From Promethearchaeota archaeon (GTDB lineage Archaea > Asgardarchaeota > Lokiarchaeia > Sigyniarchaeales > SOKP01), in assembly GCA_030603385.1 (NCBI GenBank), contig JAUVXW010000001.1:249785-313784 (forward strand): 64,000 bases of DNA, read 5' to 3'. Under the pieces are notes generated by a model that was given only the letters and a program-made list of their open reading frames with translations, did not search any database and was not told where the DNA came from. The position numbers were made by a program, and so were the translations under genes. Each line of letters starts with the position of its first letter. The stretch's first letter is position 1. Of this stretch, positions 60,186 through 64,000 are shown in pieces.

Positions 60186-62165
60186 ATGTCTAAAGAAGAA
60201 AGAATGGAAAGTATTCTCACTGAAAATCGTATATTTAATCCTATCGATCTTAATCCCGATTATGCAAAAACTGGAATGTCAATGGAAGAATATCAAAAAC
60301 TATACAAACAATCAATAGAAGATATGGAAGGTTTCTGGGATGAACAGGCAAAATCTTTAGATTGGTTCAAACCATATGATAAAGTTTGGGAAAAAACTGA
60401 TTTATTTCCTGGCAAATGGTTTGTAGGTGGAAAACTTAATGTTGCCTATAACTGCCTAGATAGACATGTGAAAGCCGGGAAGGGCAATCAAATTGCTCTT
60501 ATTTGGGAGGCGGATGAACCTGGGCAAGATAGAAAATACACATATGATGAATTGCTAAAGGAAGTTTCTAAAGTTGCAAATGGAATGAAAAAGCTCGGGT
60601 TACAAAAAGGAGACAGAGTTACTATTTGGTTACCCATGATCCCTGAGCTCGCAATAGTCATGTTAGCCTGCGCTAGAATAGGTGTTATACATTCAATTGT
60701 GTTTGGAGGTTTTTCAAAAGAAGCTGTAAAAGATAGAATTAAAGATTCAGATTCTCGCCTTTTATTTACAAGCGACGAAACAGTAAGAGCTGGAAAGTTT
60801 TATCCTAAATTAGCTGATGTAGTTAAAATTATAGATAATGTTCCAACTATAGAACATGTTATTGTAGTTAAGCGATCTGGAAGAGAAGTCACTCATACAA
60901 ATAAAGATATCTGGTATCATGACTTTATTGAAGGTATGAGTGAAGAAAGCGAACCTGAAGAAATGGACTCTGAAGATACGTTATTCCTTTTATACACAAG
61001 CGGAACAACGGGGAAACCAAAAGGAGTAAAACACACTACTGCAGGATATATTTTATACACCTCATTTACTCACAGAACAGTTTTTAATTACCATAAAGGC
61101 GATATATGGTATTGTACTGCGGATATTGGATGGATTACTGGGCATTCCTATATAGTTTATGGGCCTCTCGCAAATGGTGCTACAAGCCTAATGTTCGAGG
61201 GGGTTCCAACTTACCCTGATGTTGATCGCTTTTGGGAGATAGTAGAACACCATAAAGTTACTCATTTTTATACAGCTCCTACGGCAATTAGAGCGTTAAT
61301 GAGATATGGAGAAGAACCAGTAAAGAAACACGATATTAGTTCATTAAAGGTCTTAGGAACTGTTGGAGAACCTATAAATCCCGAAGCATGGACGTGGTAT
61401 CATAGAGTTGTTGGACAAAACAGATGCCCTATTGTTGACACATACTGGCAAACTGAAACTGGGGGAATCATCATGACACCTATAGCAACCGCAACACCAA
61501 CCAAACCAGGTTCTTGCTGTATGCCTTTCTTGGGTGTAAAGCCAATAATTTTTGACCTTGAAGGAGAGGAAGTCACCGAACCAGATGAAGGGGGATATTT
61601 TGCAATGGCTCAACCTTGGCCAGGTATGTTAAGGGATGTATGGAGAAATACAGAGCGATTTAAATCTACTTATCTCGAAAAATACCCTGGTTATTATTAC
61701 ACAGATGATGGCGCACGGCGAGATGAGGATGGATATTATTGGATTCTTGGACGATTAGATGATGTTATCAAAGTGTCAGGACACCGTATAGGAACGATGG
61801 AAGTAGAATCTGCTCTTGTATCCCATCCAAGTGTTGCGGAAGCTGCTGTTGCTCCTTTTCCACATAAAATTAAAGGACAAGCAATTTATGCATATGTAAC
61901 ATTAATGCAAGGAGTTGAGAAATCAGCGAAGTTATCCAAAGAAATTAGAATGCATGTTAGACAAGAAATTGGTCCAGTATTTCAACCAGATGTCATACAA
62001 TTTGCCGATGCTTTACCAAAGACGAGAAGTGGTAAGATAATGCGAAGAATCTTAAAAGCTATTGCTGCGGGAACAGAAATTGGAAATGTTACAACATTAG
62101 CAGATCCATCAGTCGTGGATGATCTACTTGCTGAACGTAAGAAAATGGATATTGAAATAGGTTAA
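60186..62165 (+). CDS. acs: Acetyl-CoA synthetase (AMP-forming)
   Basis: YTSGTTGKPKG, TADIGWITGHSY, VGEPINPEAW, DTYWQTETG, PKTRSGKIMRR. Confidence 0.96.
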   Translation: MSKEERMESILTENRIFNPIDLNPDYAKTGMSMEEYQKLYKQSIEDMEGFWDEQAKSLDWFKPYDKVWEKTDLFPGKWFVGGKLNVAYNCLDRHVKAGKGNQIALIWEADEPGQDRKYTYDELLKEVSKVANGMKKLGLQKGDRVTIWLPMIPELAIVMLACARIGVIHSIVFGGFSKEAVKDRIKDSDSRLLFTSDETVRAGKFYPKLADVVKIIDNVPTIEHVIVVKRSGREVTHTNKDIWYHDFIEGMSEESEPEEMDSEDTLFLLYTSGTTGKPKGVKHTTAGYILYTSFTHRTVFNYHKGDIWYCTADIGWITGHSYIVYGPLANGATSLMFEGVPTYPDVDRFWEIVEHHKVTHFYTAPTAIRALMRYGEEPVKKHDISSLKVLGTVGEPINPEAWTWYHRVVGQNRCPIVDTYWQTETGGIIMTPIATATPTKPGSCCMPFLGVKPIIFDLEGEEVTEPDEGGYFAMAQPWPGMLRDVWRNTERFKSTYLEKYPGYYYTDDGARRDEDGYYWILGRLDDVIKVSGHRIGTMEVESALVSHPSVAEAAVAPFPHKIKGQAIYAYVTLMQGVEKSAKLSKEIRMHVRQEIGPVFQPDVIQFADALPKTRSGKIMRRILKAIAAGTEIGNVTTLADPSVVDDLLAERKKMDIEIG

Positions 62166-62358
62166 ATCTATATAATTTTTTTTTATTTTGTCTATATCTT
62201 TGTTAACGAACTCAGAAATTTATAGTATTTATTTTTTATAACTTTAGAATCTAATTTGAAAATATCTTCAAGAGCATTCAGATTAAAAAGAAATTTATTA
62301 CTTTTAATATCTTCCTTGCCATCATCAGCTAATAAAATATTAAACTGATAAGTAAGCA

Positions 62359-64000
62359 TTATCTAGTACTCTGAATAAATAATCGTTCTTTGTTCTGCTT
62401 TTTTTCCCATTTTTTACGTTCAGAACGGAGCTTGAATAAATCTATATCTTTGAAAATCAAACCTTCTTCTTTTGCTGGTATAATTCGCTCAGTCCGGTCC
62501 TTTTCCGGAGTATAAATAAGAGACTCTCCAAATTCCCCAATATTAGCGAAAAATGAATAAGCATAGATGGATCTACGGGCATCAAAGTGGGCTGCTTTAA
62601 AATCTGCTGTAACAGGCGTGAAAGCGGGATTCAGAATTATATCAATCGGAGGCTCAAAATTTTTCATTTCTACTCTGAGATCCATGTCAAGGAAATCCCG
62701 ACAAATAACGATTACGATTCTACCATATTCTGTATTGCATATGATTGTTCTCCGAGGTAAACTGCTAACTTCTATTCCTTCTTTAAAACGATTTCCTTCT
62801 CCAGTACTAAAAATTGCGGGGATATGCTTTTCTTGCTCCCAAAGAATTCCTTCTGGTCCAAATACCATACTAATATTTCGTTTTGTTTCTTGGTCGTGAA
62901 AAGAACCTGGAACTATATACATCTTATATAATTTAGTTGGATCTGCTATATCTTCCAAAAATTCACCATAATTTAGATCAATTGTCATTTCAGGGAAGAG
63001 TAAGATATCAACTCCCTCATTATGAGCTCTTTCAATCATAGTTTTGACTTTAGTTCTTACCTCTTCAACTTTATCCTCTCGCAGGCTTAAAAGTCCTGAA
63101 GCTTTCATCTCGTAGAACTCATCTAATATTTTACCAGTCTTGGATACACCTATTTGAGTAATAGCGACCCTACACTCTCTTTTTTGAACTTTAGGATACT
63201 CTACAAACAAGTCTTTATATATAAGCTTATATTTCTGTCTTTCCATTCTCTCTATTACTACTCGTCTTTCTTCTTCAGTGAACTGGCGGGCTTCACTTAA
63301 TCTAGGAGATTGACTGCTTTCAATAGGACAAGAAGGAGCAATTATACCCATAGTACTGCGGGAAATTGATGGTTCCTTTATAGTACTTAAAGCGGAAAAT
63401 AGAATTGATTCTTCCTTCTCTACTCGGTTTAATCTGTCTTGAACCTCAACAACTTTATTCTTATAGCCCGCTTTGCTAAATAGTTCTAAAGATGACTTTA
63501 AATAATTTGATCCAATACCTAATAACCTTCCTTTTTCACTGATATCCGGTTCTTTATCAGCTTGGATTAAGTGCCAAGCAGCATCAAAATAAATCGAAGA
63601 AGCTAAAGCCCAATTTGCTACATTTTCAAAACCACTTTTTCCATAAGAGGAAGCTGCTTTACTTAACATCAACTTTACTTTAGGATATAAATCCATTTTC
63701 ATATTAATATTCATAGATTCATCAAATTTACAACTCAATTCAAGGGCTTGGCAAAATGCTGAATTACCCGAAGCTAATAACTTTAATTTTGTATCAACAA
63801 AGAGGTTACTAGCTTTTGTGAATAGATTTCCAGCATAACCAAACCTTTCTGGTTCTTCAAATTTTTCTGCAAGCTCCATATTTTCCCAAGCTCGACAAAG
63901 ATAATATATTGCTTCGAGCTCCTTTCTTTCTCTTTCTAATTTATATCGTGTACACACACCTCTAAAAACGGATGCTGCAATTGCAAATTTTTCTGCAGCT
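62359..64000 (-). CDS. Helical-repeat protein with C-terminal carbon-nitrogen hydrolase (nitrilase-like) domain, 5'-partial
   Basis: Frame is open to the window end; FPE, EKH and ICRD match the Glu-Lys-Cys triad; the N-terminal part has TPR/SNAP-like helices. Confidence 0.7.
   Translation of the reverse strand, partial: AAEKFAIAASVFRGVCTRYKLERERKELEAIYYLCRAWENMELAEKFEEPERFGYAGNLFTKASNLFVDTKLKLLASGNSAFCQALELSCKFDESMNINMKMDLYPKVKLMLSKAASSYGKSGFENVANWALASSIYFDAAWHLIQADKEPDISEKGRLLGIGSNYLKSSLELFSKAGYKNKVVEVQDRLNRVEKEESILFSALSTIKEPSISRSTMGIIAPSCPIESSQSPRLSEARQFTEEERRVVIERMERQKYKLIYKDLFVEYPKVQKRECRVAITQIGVSKTGKILDEFYEMKASGLLSLREDKVEEVRTKVKTMIERAHNEGVDILLFPEMTIDLNYGEFLEDIADPTKLYKMYIVPGSFHDQETKRNISMVFGPEGILWEQEKHIPAIFSTGEGNRFKEGIEVSSLPRRTIICNTEYGRIVIVICRDFLDMDLRVEMKNFEPPIDIILNPAFTPVTADFKAAHFDARRSIYAYSFFANIGEFGESLIYTPEKDRTERIIPAKEEGLIFKDIDLFKLRSERKKWEKKQNKERLFIQSTR

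Noticed and set aside
147-62899. Short ORF-track entries overlapping long genes (e.g. 147-347, 4104-4340, 10613-10960, 16503-17003, 21710-22162, 28224-28523, 51499-51840, 62567-62899)
   Set aside because: Antisense or alternate-frame shadows of well-supported genes, with no recognisable motifs.
1-64000. tRNA, rRNA, CRISPR array or SECIS element
   Set aside because: Intergenic regions are AT-rich with no cloverleaf, no regularly spaced repeats and no gene with an evident in-frame TGA; a covariance-model search would be needed to exclude small RNAs.

Overview
AT-rich archaeal chromosomal window, most likely an Asgard archaeon of the Lokiarchaeia type. The evidence is archaeal aIF5B, class I CCA-adding enzyme, TFB, Taw1/TYW1, a non-canonical EF-2, several Rab/Arf/Rag-like small GTPases and an IPGY-TM-basic (Loki-CTERM-like) tail. 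The standout signal is in uvrB. Its conserved beta-hairpin motif ([10 protein letters not shown]) is split by a 30-nt, stop-containing insert (2123-2152) that folds into a bulge-helix-bulge (BHB) motif. Cutting at the canonical tRNA-splicing-endonuclease positions restores the motif and a 668-aa UvrB exactly, so this is a candidate archaeal mRNA intron in a DNA-repair gene. A 22-codon uvrA stub follows uvrB, and an intact uvrA lies about 20.5 kb downstream. Between them is a catabolic cluster: crotonase, Fe-S protein, an Opp/Dpp ABC system whose two ATPases carry N-terminal membrane domains, two tandem glycyl-radical enzymes, a GC-richer alpha/beta-hydrolase, a GRE activase and a TetR regulator. 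Several of these genes share a 21-bp palindrome (TAAATTTAC-N3-GTAAATTTA). The rest is housekeeping genes and uncharacterised proteins. I saw no rRNA, tRNA, CRISPR array, integrase or transposase. All calls come from reading motifs by eye; no searches were run.
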